A stretch of 47,168 bases of DNA from Rhizaria sp. SCN 62-66. Lineage: Eukaryota. Below the pieces are notes generated by a model that was not told the DNA's origin, made no database searches, and saw nothing but the letters and a program-made list of their open reading frames with translations. Numbering within the stretch: the stretch's first letter is position 1; every line of letters begins with the position of its first letter. The stretch lies in the NCBI GenBank assembly GCA_001724265.1, contig MEDY01000089.1:124001-171168 (forward strand), given 5' to 3'. Of the stretch, positions 11,001 through 23,282 are shown piece by piece. The translations under genes and the position numbers were made by a program.

Positions 11001-14000
11001 CGCCTGTTGAGTCGTGGGTGCAGACGAAGACGCAGTGGGGTCACGCGTATAAAGTGTCGTGCCAGTGGCAATCTCGAGTATGCCAGAACCTTCAAGAATA
11101 AGACCCGCAGCGGGCAGCATCACTGTGGGCGTTGCGTCGGTGCCGCGGAGCACAAGGCGCGCACCGGCGCTGCTTGAGACAAAGCGTGGTGAAAGCGTTG
11201 ATGTTAATGCGCTAATCACAATCGCGGAGTGTGGCTGTGTAAGCAATACACGCGGCGCAGAGGATGTGGGCGTCTCGAGCGTTGTCACAAAAAGTACGGT
11301 AGACTCGGGATCGGCTTCCTCGGCGGCCCAGTCAACGGATGCTGGGACTGCTGTCAGAGTTGCAGTGGTAAAAAAAGCAGCAGCAATAGCATGTGCGGGG
11401 TCTGAACTTGCATAGATGCTCGGTTGCTCATCTATTATTGACAGCAAAGCGGCGGAACCTTGAACGTCAACGCTGAGAGCTGCTGATGATGCGAGCTGAA
11501 GACGACCAATAGCCCGGCCCGCGCGAGCAACACGCAGCGTGCCTGCAAGAACCGAGAGCATCGGAAGCGAGTTTTTAAGCTGCGCTTTCAAAAGCCCACC
11601 GTTGCGCAGCACAATACCAGTCGACTCTAATGTAGAGTCAACGTAAATAGAGCCGGAAATTGTAATTGCTGCATTGGTGGCTGAGCCGGCATCGGCGCCA
11701 GACGCAAGTGCAAGATCAAGTGTGGCTCCTGCCTCAAGCTCTACTGTTGACGACTCTGAAAAGAGCACGTTGGAGGCGGAGATGGCAAGCGCCGTGTCTG
11801 CCAAGAGATGGATCTTGCCGAGGACGGTAAGTGTGGCGGAGGAATGTGAGAGTGAAAAGTTATGTGACATCCCGGAAACTGGATCAGCGGATGCTGGAGA
11901 CACAACAAGCGTTGCCCCCTCTTCGATCTGCAGCCGCACAGCGCGTGTGAGCGGTCCCAAGAACACAGCGGTTGACGATGCTGGATATGACAAAATGCCG
12001 GTGCCTTGAACGCCGCACTGGGAAAGTGGGCGCAACTCGCCGGAGACAAACTCAACTGGTACAGTCGAGGAATCAACCTGCACAGTGCCACTGTTAAGAC
12101 AGCCTCGGTAGAGGAAGCGCGGGGACGCCGCTTTAGTCAGTGCGACGGTCAGTGTAGACGCCTCTGTGCCAGTGGCAGCCGTGTCGAAGACGATGGGCAA
12201 CAGCAGCGAAAACGACGTGTTGCCGGATACGGTTACAGTGGCGCGATAGAGCTCAAGTGACCCAAGCGTGGAGTAAGCTGGCGGTGGCGTGCCGTCGTCC
12301 TCAGCGTCCGTGACAATCACGAGCGATGTCGACTCAACACGGAGAATACCCAACGAGGCCGCACCACCAGCAGCGGCCGCAGCAGCGGCAACGCCAGTGC
12401 CATCCTCCTGCTTACCGACATCAATGCGGCCACGAATGCTGCCGCCACCGCCACGGAGTGTGCACGTGGCGCCCGGTTCAATGCGCAGTGTAGCCGTCGG
12501 CAGCAGTATGAGCGTAGCCGTCAGCACTGGCGCATAGCCGGCGGGCACGACAAGTGTGCCAGCGACTGTGAGCGCTGGCGACACAGTGCCTGCCATCCGC
12601 AGCACTAGCGTGGCAGTTGCGGGAATTGTGAGGGTGGCGAGTTGCGCTGGGTTTGAAACAATCTCTGTCGTAACACCAGCGGGCACGAGCACGGAGCCGG
12701 AGCCAGAGGTGCGGCAGCCCGCGGCAATTGTGCCAATGAACAACAGCTGTGCCGCTGCACCAGGACCCGGGAAGGCAACTAGACGGTCACAGTGTTCGAC
12801 TATCAGCGTACCAGGTGTGGTGGAGCCAGCCACGGAGAGCGCTGTAGCTGACGCAATGCCGGTTGTTGTCGGCAGCACAACGGGCATGGCGCCGCGGATG
12901 ATGATGGACGCCGTGGTGGTGTTTACAGTCGATGCGAATGCAGGAATGCGCATTTGTGATGCGGTCGCAGCGACCGCAGCTGAGGGGTCAATGACAACGT
13001 CGCAGTACGTTGTACAGGCAAAGGTTGGCGAAACAAAAGCTGGTGAAGAGTCATACTGCACCCAACCAAGCATGTCAATGCGAGCAAACGAAAACATGGA
13101 GTTAGGACCAAGGAGCAGCGTTGACGATGGAGAGAAGGACACGCGGGACTGCGTGCCGCTGTGAGGAGTCAGTAACGTAGCTCCTTCTGCAATCTCAACA
13201 GTGCCGTTGTTAATCACGTATGCATTGTTGCTAATGGAGATCGTTATCTGGCTCTGCTCTGGGATTACAAGACGGCCTCCCTCTTGCACAATCACAGCTC
13301 CACCTGAGGACATGACGAGGCTCTTCGTCATTGAGATGCGAGTGCCGGAATTTACAACAATGGGCACCCACAGTGTGGTTGCTGTAAGAGTGGGGAATTC
13401 GCCGTCCTGCCAAAGTTCGATTGTTGGGGAAGAGCTTGTCAGGTATAGACCTCCTTTAACGGGCGGCTGATAGACGTTACTGGGTACGAATGTAGGTACG
13501 TTAAACGACGAGGAACACGTACTGGCAGAGCAGGCAAGAGCGCCAACGCGGAGCACCGAGTTTGCACCGATGTAATTTATACTAGACAGCGAATCCGTTT
13601 CAGCGTAGTGGATGAAGCTTCGCACTTCGCCTTCAATGCGCAAGTGCACATGAACTTTGTAGTGCACATGCGCAATCTCAAGGAAACCTGACGGCGAAGT
13701 TGTGTCAGTGACGTTGGGCCCATACTCTGCAAGAGTTTTAGGGGAGTCACCATAAGCCGCAAGCGTTACCCTTGGTGAATTACTCGTCACGACGTACGGC
13801 AGCGGCTCCGTGAGCCGCTTTCCAATCTCGATCTGTGCAGATGCCGGCAGATTGATTGTGGCAGGACCCAGCTCCCGCTGCGGCCCAAGCCAGCGCACCA
13901 TGCTGGAGATCGTGAGCGTGCCGGGTCCTGTAACGCGAGCGTGGAACTCAGGAATGGTGCCCGTGGCCTGCGAGTTGTACAGCGACGCGAATGCGCCTTC

Positions 14001-15704
14001 GCCAATGTGCACTAGCGCAGCTGGCGACAAAAACGTCGTCGAGGCAGGCGCGTGTGGTACCGGAAGCTGTGCGGTAATTGTACCAACGACTTCGACGCGG
14101 CCCAGAAACTGCATCCGGCCAGAACCCTGCAGATATAGCTCGCGCGCGCTTGCGAGGCGATGGTTAAGCGACTGTGACGCCGCCTCGCTGGATTCCTCCG
14201 TGCCGGTGTACAGCGTGCTTCCATAGGGCAGTGTAAAGGTCCAACCAGTAAACTCGAGACGCATGCGCACAGTGGTTGTAGCCGTGTTCGAGGGTGGGTA
14301 GACGTCCATGGTCAGTGTTTCACCCTCCGGCACTGCCGCGGCACCTGAGCCTGAGAAGGCAAGAATACACCGGCAAGCGATTGTACCGTGCAGAAACACA
14401 CGCGCTGTGGCGTCGGCGCCAGTGACCGGGATGGTGATGTCGGTCGACTCCCAAACGCGCCGCGGCATGTCGCCCAGCCACAGCGTGCTCCGCGCAGAGA
14501 GTGCGAAAGATCCGCGCGTGGCGTTGACCCAGCCCGCGCGCAGCGTCGAGTCTTCCAACGCTGCCAGCGCGCTGACAACAATTGTGGTCGGCGAGACCGA
14601 GTCGAGCACGAGCCTCTCGGTCTGCACCTCCGCGCCGGGACCGACTTGAACCGCGGAGGAGCGCGCGTCGACGCTGCCGATTGCGAGCAGCGGATGTGCG
14701 TTCGCAGCAGCCCCACGCAGGAGACCAAGTCCTGAGCTAGACCCGCTGCCCGCGCTGGAGTGCGCGAGCGTCCCCGCAAAGGCGAAAGGTGAGACTGCGC
14801 GCAGTGGCGTGGCTAAGTCGGCTTCGATGCGGCCGCCGCCGGAGACGAGGCCTGAGAGCGTGATGCTGGTGATTGAGCCGGCACCGGTGAAGGTCAGCGT
14901 ATCGCCCAGCTCAACTGAGAACGTGACTGCGGTTGGTGGTTCGACCACGGGCGAGGCGGTTGTGGAGAGCACGCCCCATGATGTGGTGGCTGTTGTGGAA
15001 GGGAAGCGCACGCGGCCCGAGGTGCCGCGGCCAGCAGGGTCGTGACGCAGCGTGTACTCAAGGATGCACGGCGCTGTTGCCGTAGTGCCGATAGCGAGCA
15101 AGACCAAGCCGCGAGTGAAACCAGTGCGCAACGCAGCGCTTGCACCGCTACTGGCAGTGTTGCCGCACTGCACGGTCGCCTCGGTCGTGCCGTTTGCGAC
15201 GACGCCGGCGACAATGACGTCAGAGTCAACAGTGACGACGCCGCCGTTGAACAGAACAACGTCATCTGCAGAGGGCAGTGAACCACCGTCCCAGTTACTT
15301 GATACGCCCCAGAAACCGCCCGACGCGCCGATAAACCGCTTAGGCGCGCGCGGGGCGAGCTGTGCGAAGTACGCCTTCTCGCTGGGGCCAGAGAGGAAGA
15401 TGGCTTGGATGGACACGTCGTAGACTTGGCCGTTGGTCAGGCCCGTGAAGGTGTAAGACGTCGCAGTGTAGAACTGATTCACATTGGCAATGACGGTGCT
15501 GCTTTTAACACATTCGAGTGCGTACGAGGTTGGTGAGATTGAATCGAGTGGCGCGTTCCACTTTACTGTAAGCGAGCTGTCCCCAAAGGAGATTCGCAAG
15601 TCGCGAGGTGGGGAGAGAGCGCTAGCGAGAACCGCAAAGGTGAGCACAAGCAAGCATTGCCACGCCAGTAACCATGAGGCGGCATGCCAACGCTCTGATG
15701 GCAT
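8040..15704 (-). CDS. Giant type I membrane/surface protein, ~2554 aa: signal peptide, FN3, G8-like/beta-rich region, putative Ig (He_PIG-like), Cys-rich CPAGxYCP (GCC2/GCC3, ephrin-receptor-like) repeats, TM helix, cytoplasmic tail; in-frame TAG at 10062-10064 and 8118-8120
   Basis: ORFs 10062..15704 and 8118..9953 share a frame, and the Cys repeats run straight through the TAG (CPNPS-TAG-RIACVAGTYCPPGSLEQQACPAG). After the second TAG the frame reads SYPSSAPPEVELTNLRDAPPSYRDR then TGA (8040-8042). Motifs: PPRDLRI..LTVKWNAP..YTFTGLTNGQVYDVSIQA (FN3), WGVSSNWDGGSLPSADDVV, LPLGLSLDPVTGAVYGT, TM GQITISFLSILGSLALKVFLILL. Confidence 0.85.
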
Positions 15705-16220
15705 GTTTGTCTCACAATGACAAGCTACAACGAACGAATGAACTTCAAATACAGGTGGGGCTGAAGATAGCAGACGGGCGACAGACTGAAGTGAGTTGGT
15801 CGAGGAAAATGCGAACAGAGATGTATGTCGATGCTCGATGATAACCTAGTTTGGTGACGTATGTCAAATAATTAATGGCAATACGGGATAATGTTTTGAC
15901 TCCAGTGGGACGACAGAGACATTTAATTGAGTTGGTTTGGGGAGACCCTCCACAGAGAGGCTACAAGCGAGGGCGAAGTCTCCCGGGAGTAATCCTTTTA
16001 GTCAGAAAATCTCAGAGACTCGTCATTGTGTTGACGATGACGTGGTGACGGTATGCGCTCCCCTTATCGTTAATATAATTGATGCATCATTCACGGGTTT
16101 TTCCTTGCATAACTCACCGCCAATCCATAATTGTAACTCCCGAAATCTTCATTAGACTCCAGCAGAAGCCAGCGTCCGTTTTCGCACTCGAGGGCGAATT
16201 CAGCCATCCCGAACAGGCTT

Positions 16221-19200
16221 ATGTATCCGGGCTCCACCTCGTGTACGTACAACTTTTACCTCCAACACGTGATGATACATTGGGTATGCCAGTGTGGATA
16301 CTGTATAGGTACTATATCTTTGTAGTGACATTAAATCACGACATGATTGCCAAAAACTCACTTCATCCTCTGCCTTCATCTCGTCACGTCGCTCAGACTA
16401 CGGGCCGTCATCGCCTCCCACGGCGTATAACCAAGGCAACAACAGGACTGCGCCTTATAGCTCAAGTAGCTTCTCGCACAGCTCCTCCAGTGCTGCAGAC
16501 TCGAGGTCCCGCAGTGCCGGCTCTGTCCGGCCGCTCACCGCAATCGACGGTTTCATCGACCTCGCCTCTGACTCCTCCAGCTCCGCCTCAGGTTCCGAAT
16601 CCGACAGCAGTGAGGCTTCGCAGCGCGCCAAGCGCCGACGCCTTGCGCGTCAAGGTGACCGCGACCGCAACAACCGTGACCGCGACCGTGAGCGTCGCAG
16701 TCGCCGGAAGGAGGACAAACACAAAGACAAGAAGCGCAGTAAGAAAGGCAAGCGTGACAAGCGTGACAGCAAAGCCGGTGGCGATGGCGATGGCAAGAAG
16801 GACCGCAAAGATAAGCGCCACTCGCTCTCTTGCAGCAGTCGTAACGGCGGCAACGAAGGCTCTCGCCTCGTCTTTGACGACTCGAACGACGAGGTCGCAC
16901 TGGCCCGCCCTACGATGACGGCCAGCAGTAGCAGTGGTGGAAACAACAACAGCAGCAGCAGCGGCGGCAACATTAGTTACAATGTGGCTAGCCATGGCCC
17001 CTTAGGTGCGTGTGTCTCGCCATTCAACCGTAGCACCTCCACCGCATCAGCCGGGACAAGTCCAGTAAAGGCGGCAGCAGCCATGGCGGCAGCAACAGCA
17101 GCGGCCGCGGCGGCGACAGCGGCCGCGACGTCTGCGGCCCCCGTGACTCGGCCCCCCACTACTATCGACGGCGAAGTCATGATCGCGCTGACTCTGGAGC
17201 AGCTGCGTTCGATTTCCATGGCGATGAAGCTTGCGCCCGCAATGGGCCGCGTGGCCGCCGTGCACAAGTTCCCCGGCTCCGTGCCGCCGTACCACCTCGC
17301 CGCGGGCTCGACGGCGCTGCTGCCGTTGCCGCGATGGCTCACCAACAACTACCCCACGATCCACGACGACACGGCGCGGCTGCGCGACCTGTGGTCCATG
17401 TCGCTCCACGTCAAAGCGCTCGCGGGGTCGCTGGAACGCACCACGGACGTGTCGCTCTCCTTCTTGCGCAGCCGCGGGTTCCTGTGCGCGCTTGGCCTTC
17501 GTTCGGACGGCACGCCTGACCCGCTTGCGGCTACGAGCAACAGCTCTGGACTAGCAACAACTGCTCCGACTGCTGCCGCCGCTGCTGCCGCTGCGGCTGC
17601 GGCTACTTATGCGCCAACGAGCCCAGCCTCCGCTACGAGCTCGTTCTCGAGTGTAAACTCTGGCGCAGGTGCTGCCTCTAGCAGCGGGCTGTATGCCGTG
17701 AACCAGACAGCGCGCGCGCAGCTCGCGACGACGAGCTCGCCGCTGTCGTTCGACTTCCCCGTCTCCATACTATCGCGCTTTCCGGCGCGCGTGGTTGCGC
17801 TCGTCCGCGCGGCAGCCGCGACGGGCGTGGCGCTGTATGTCTCGCGCAACCCTCCGTCGCGCATCCCGCCGTACTTTTTCGCGCACGTCACGGATGCGTC
17901 GTCACCGCTGCGGTCCACAGCGACTGCGCCGCTGCCGTGTGCGGTCACAGCGCGCTACATCGGCGCGTGCTCGGAGGCGGAGCTGCGCGCGGTGTGGGCG
18001 CTGCTGGCGTATCACGCCGCGATCTCAGATGCCGCGGCGGACTACCGCGCAGGGCTGCCGCGCGGCGTGCGAAAGTGCAACGAGCATGGGCGCCAGTACG
18101 GCATCGTGCTGCCCGAAGTTGCTGGCAGCGAGAGCAACAACAACAGCAACAACAACAACAACGACAACAACAACGGCGCCGATGACAATCACTCTGACAG
18201 TTACGAGCATATGAACATGAACGAGAACAACGACGACCTGCGCAGCCGCGACCGCGGCCATATCAGCAGGGGATTCCGCAGTATTAGTAGCAGGACGACT
18301 GGTTCTGCGGACCGGAGTGGCGCTTCGGTCAGTGCTAAACACAGCGATAAGCGCAGCAGTCACAGGCGGTCCAAGTCATCGACGTCGTTGTCGTCATCGT
18401 CGTCAAGCTCCTCGTCTTCGTCATCCTCGTCATCGTCCTCTTCATCATCTTCGTCATCCTCGTCTTCATCGTCATCGTCATCATCGTCGTCATCGTCGTC
18501 GTCGATGAGCGAGAGTAGCGGCAGTGACCACAGCGACGCCGCCGCCCCAGACTACTCGTTCCCGCGCACTGTCAGCGACCAGCTCCGCTACCTGGAGGAT
18601 GTCGAGGCCCGCTGCTCGCCCAGCCGCACGCTTATGCGCGCTCTGCGCAGCGCCACCAAGCGCGGCGTCTCCGCCTTTGTGCTGGCGCACCCAGACGCGA
18701 TGCCGGCCTTCCTGGACGACGGGACGGACTCGCGCGAATCCCCGCTGCCTCCGGACTGGGCCGCCGCGCACCCGCTGCTCGCGCACAGCGATGCGTTGCT
18801 GCGGCAGGCGTGGGCGTTCAAGCTGCACCGCGCCGCGCTTATCGCAGAGTACCAGGCCCGCTGCGCGCGCTCGGGCATCGGCAAGAAGGCCCGTCGCGAC
18901 AAGGACAAGCGTGACAAGAGGGGCCGGGACCGGCGCGAGAAGAAAGATAAGCGCGACAAGAAGGGCAGACGTTTGCGCCGCCGCAAGCGCGACGAGCGCC
19001 GCCGCAAGAAGCGTCACGAGCGGCGCGCGCAGCGCAGGCTGGAGCACGAGCGGCACCGTGAGCAGCGCCGTGAACAGCGTCGGGCCGAGAAGTTGCAGCA
19101 GCGCCGCGCACGCGAACAGGAGCGCGAGCAGGAGCAACTGTGGGAGCAGGAGCAGGAGTTCGAGCAGCACCATCAAGAACAGCACCACCAGCAGCAGTTT

Positions 19201-22200
19201 CTACAGGAGCAACAAGTGCAGCAACGTGAACGCGAACGTGAGAGCGAGAATGAACGTGATAATTAGCGCGAGCCTGACCATGGGCGTGAGCGTGAGAATG
19301 AACGCCCTGAGCCACCACGTACGCGCGCATCGGGAAACAATAACAACATTGACAAGAATGACAGTAACAAGAACGACCATAACAGCAAGCCTGCGGCTCA
19401 GCTGACTATGATTGATGAAAAGGCCGACTTCCGCGACTCAACGCTGGACGCAAATGGTTGTCACAGCTTTGCGCACCTGAAGTACCTGCAGGGTGACGAG
19501 CCAGCGCGTGACTTCGTCTCGCGTATGCTGCCACGGGTACCTGCCTACGTGTCCCTGCGCACCAACACGGTGACGGACCGTGTACCTGCGCGAATTACTC
19601 GCCTCTTTGGCGGCGAGCCCGCTCCGTTGCAGCGCGCGCTCTGGGCCTTCCTTCTATTTTCGGAGATAGAAGCGGGCGTGAATATTGCCCGTGCTGTGGC
19701 CGCAGCGCGCAAGGCCGAGCGCATGGCCGCTGGCGCCAACGACGGCGTGGAAGCTAGTGACAGCGCGCACGGTGGTGACATGAACGACAACGCCGACGAA
19801 GCGAACTCGGACTCGCACAATCGAAGCCGCTTGCGTGCATCTCGTCGCGGCAACAATCGCGGTCAGAATGCAAGTGACGCTAACACTCGCAGTGGTGACA
19901 GCAACAACAGCAGCAGCAGTGATGCTCGCAGCCGTAGCGCCAGCGGCAGCGACAGTGGCGATGAGAGCTTTGACGACGAGATGATCGCATTTGTGCCCGT
20001 TTCTCGCTTCAGTCGTCAAGACGCCGTCGCGGCGCTTCGTGTGATGCTTAAGTACGGCCACATGTCGCCCGCAGCCTTCATCAAGGAAGTGCGTGAGCGC
20101 GATGCACCGCTGCCGCCGTTCAAGTTTGCGGATGGGTCCACCAGTGAAACGAGTCCGATTCCATTCAATATGCGTGAATTGACGTCCAGGAGTTCGGCTG
20201 CGGCTCAGCGCCGCTTCTGGACCTACTCGTCCTTCCGCGCTTGCTATCGCACCATGATGCGCGTCCGTGAGGGCGAAACCTGGTTGAAATAGAACAGTGC
20301 TAAAACTGGCTTAAAGGTGCTGAATAAGAGCGCAGCAACTGACCGCCGTTCGACACAGTCGCGTTCGCGCGCGCGGTCGCCATCGAAGTCACGTTCACGG
20401 CCACGCTCACACTCCCGGTCGGGAGCTAGCTCAGACTTGGAGTCTGGCTCTGGGGTAAGCTCTGACTTGGGCTCGGGCTCTGACAACCTGCGTGCGGCCG
20501 TGCTTGCTCGCCTTAAGTACCCGGACTCGCCTGCGGGCAAGCTTGTCCGGCGCCACTGGCGTATCCTAAACGGGCTGCGCGTTGATCCCACGTCGGACCC
20601 TATTCCGAAGAGCGTTAAGCGTAGCCGCGCTCCCTCTTCCGAGGACATGTACCGCTGCTTCTGGATCCATCGCTTGATATTTGACCGTAAAAAATCGCTC
20701 AGCCGTGGTGGTAATCAGAATCCATCTGGTCCGCAGAGTAACAATCGGGTCAGCACAGCGTCGGGATCGAACTCAGACTCGGGCTCTGGCGGCTCCGGCG
20801 GCGACAAGCACGGCAAGGGCAGTGGCACTGACGCCGGCAGCGACAGTGACGATAATGGCAACAGCAACCGCGGCAGCGGCAGCAACCGCGGCAGCGACAG
20901 CGACAGTGGCAGCGGCAGTGGCAGCGGCGGCGGCAGCCCGGGCGGCACAGTCCGCGAAGGCGACGCGCTCGGGGGCTTGCCTGACACCGAGGGCCGCGAG
21001 TGGCTACGCAAAAGCACGCCCGTGGCGCGCTTTATGCGCCAGAACCGCGAGTACTTCCTGCGCGCGCGCGTGGACCCGTCGCGGCACACTGTGCCCGACG
21101 TTCTGGTGCGCGAGGGCAACGGCTGCGACGAACCGACGCTGCGGCTGCGGTGGGCGCGCCGGCTTTACAGGCAAGACTGCAGCCGCCGGCGCAAACGTGA
21201 CGAAGCCGCGAATAAGGATAACAGCGGCAGTGACAGCGGCAGTAACAGTGATAAAGCCAATCGTCCTTCTTCCCACCCGCGCCGTGAAAGTCGCAAGTGT
21301 GACGGCGGTATCAACGACAGCGAGCACAGTCAGAAGGACACCAATAGCGTTTCGTCGCGCACCACCACCACCTCAGCTTCCGCGGCCAGACCGTGGAAGG
21401 AGCCCGCGCCACCGCGCGTGGTGCGCTCGCTGCCCGACGACACGGTCCCGCTGCTCGTGCGCACGCGGCGCGACCCCGAGGCCGTGGCGCAGTCGGTCGA
21501 CTTCGAGCATGCGTTCCGCGAGGAAGAGACGCGCCAGTGGCTGCGTCGCAAGGAGATTGCGCGTCTGAAACGTGATGCGAAGAAGGAACTCGAGACGCAG
21601 GTCAAGCTCGAGCAGCAGCAGCCCCCTGGCTACCAACAGCAACAACAAGAGCAACAGTCTTTGTTGCAAGCTGCGCTACTGCCTGCTGGCGCGCAGTCTG
21701 TGCCCGAGCCTCAGTCCGCACAGGCACAGGCGCCGGCACAGGCACAGTCTGAGTCCACGGAATCACCGTCGCAGCGCAACCGTGCTGGTGAAGAGGAGGA
21801 GGAAGAAGACGGTGATACGAGCAAGAAATCCGCAAGCGCGCAGACTCGCTCGTAGCAAAACTGCAATGACGGTGCCGCCAGCGGCAACACCGGCGTTGGC
21901 GCTGGTGCTGCCAACGCGGCGGGCCACGCTGTGGGCGCCGCCGTGGCTGCCGCGCTGGCGGCGGTTGACTCGTGGGCCGCCAAGTCAAACACCCGGGGGC
22001 TCGTCACGACTGCTCACGATCACACTCGCACTTCCGTCTCCGCCACCGCCACCGCCACCGCCGCCTACGCCGCCTCCCTCACGGCCGCGCCGACTGCAGA
22101 GCCGGTTGTGACTGTGACCGCAGACTCAGCTGATGTAACGGCGGCAGTGACGCCTGGTGCTGCGACAAAAGAGTCGGTTGTTGGCGATGTTGTGAGTGAG

Positions 22201-22791
22201 CATGCGGTTGCCATGACTGACATCGATGCCGCGGACGCTTCTTCTTCTGCGATCAACGATGCTAGGAGCGAGAAACTTACTGACTCTTCGGAGCCCGCTG
22301 TGGCGGCCGATACCAGTGCTATTGCAGCAGAAGCTGTGGATGCGCCGCCGATTCTCATGGAGCCAGTTATTGAGCCTGCTAACGCCGAGGTTGAGGCGAC
22401 TGACGATGCCTCCGCTGCCGCGGCTGACATGGAAGATGACAGTACAGGTGTTGATGCTGCAAGTACTGAGGTTGAAGCCTCTGTCGAGAGCTCAACGATG
22501 ATGGAGGCGACTGCAGCGGATGCAGTCGCTGAGACCAAGGCTTGCAGCGCGACTGGCGGTGTGGACGCGACTGCAGTTGATGCTGCTGCAGTGAATGACG
22601 ACGCATCCAGTTCCGATGCCTCTTCTGTGACCGGCGAGAATGATGCTGCTGCATGCGGTAGTGTTAATGGTGTGAGTGGCGATGGTGGTGTTGCCGGTGG
22701 TGCGGTTGCAGACGGCGATGCTATTGAGAGCGAAAACAAGGATAATGAAAGCGCAGCAACACGAGTGACAATATCATATCATGATCACTGA
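16221..22791 (+). CDS. ~2138-aa low-complexity protein with Arg/Asp/Lys-rich tracts and seven copies of an unrecognised repeat; join(16221..16242,16397..22791); in-frame TAG at 19264, 20290, 21853
   Basis: ORFs 16915..19266, 19408..20292, 20317..21855 and 21931..22791 all lie in one frame and are separated only by TAG plus sense codons. The frame is open back to 16397. A GTACGT..CTCAG intron (16243-16396) links it in phase to ATG 16221 (MYPGSTSYYGPSSPP). Ends in TGA. Confidence 0.8.
18376..18504 (+). repeat. Coding poly-Ser tract (TCN trinucleotide run, ~40 codons)
   Basis: tcgtcatcgtcgtca... run translating to SSSS within the 16221 gene. Confidence 0.85.
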
Positions 22792-23282
22792 TGTTCCCGT
22801 TGCTGATGTCAATGGTGCGAGCCAGGCTCCGCCGGCGTGTGTCCCCGTGACTGGCGCGTAAGTGTGAGCTAGCGGAAGTATCATTTGTTGACCAAAGAAA
22901 CATATTCTCACGATAAACCTACTATTACGTCAAATAAAATACTATAAAGACGGCGTTCTTGTATGTTGCGACTATAGTGCTAAGTTTTCGTGACCATGAT
23001 GTGAATGTTCTGTCATCCGTTAATGTATTTATGTTGTCATGGACGTGCGCACAGTACTTTTTGTAACGTTACTAGGAGACATATTTAACGTAAGCTTTAA
23101 TCTGCATCATTGGGTTAAATTTTTTGTTTTGCCTTCATTTCTCACATACAGTCGAAGGTAGAGATAATGGTCGAAAATACTAAGATAATGGTTTGTTTTT
23201 ACAGTGTTTTAAACGTCACCGGACTATTCTTTGAATACATTTTGTATGTACATGTACATGTATTTGATTATTCGCTGTTCAT

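Noticed and set aside
10702..15720. Many short plus-strand ORFs opposite the giant surface protein (and minus-strand ORFs opposite 35490-43718)
   Set aside because: Shadow ORFs expected in GC-rich coding DNA.
7621..15866. Shared TTGG(T)TGACGTATGTC motif on both sides of the giant surface gene (7621 and 15851)
   Set aside because: Too short, same orientation, and no target-site duplication or transposase, so it is insufficient to call element ends.
16079..16918. 279-aa plus-strand ORF in an alternative frame
   Set aside because: It overlaps the frame that encodes coherent RD/K-rich sequence continuous with the 2138-aa gene, and its 5' part spans the predicted intron.
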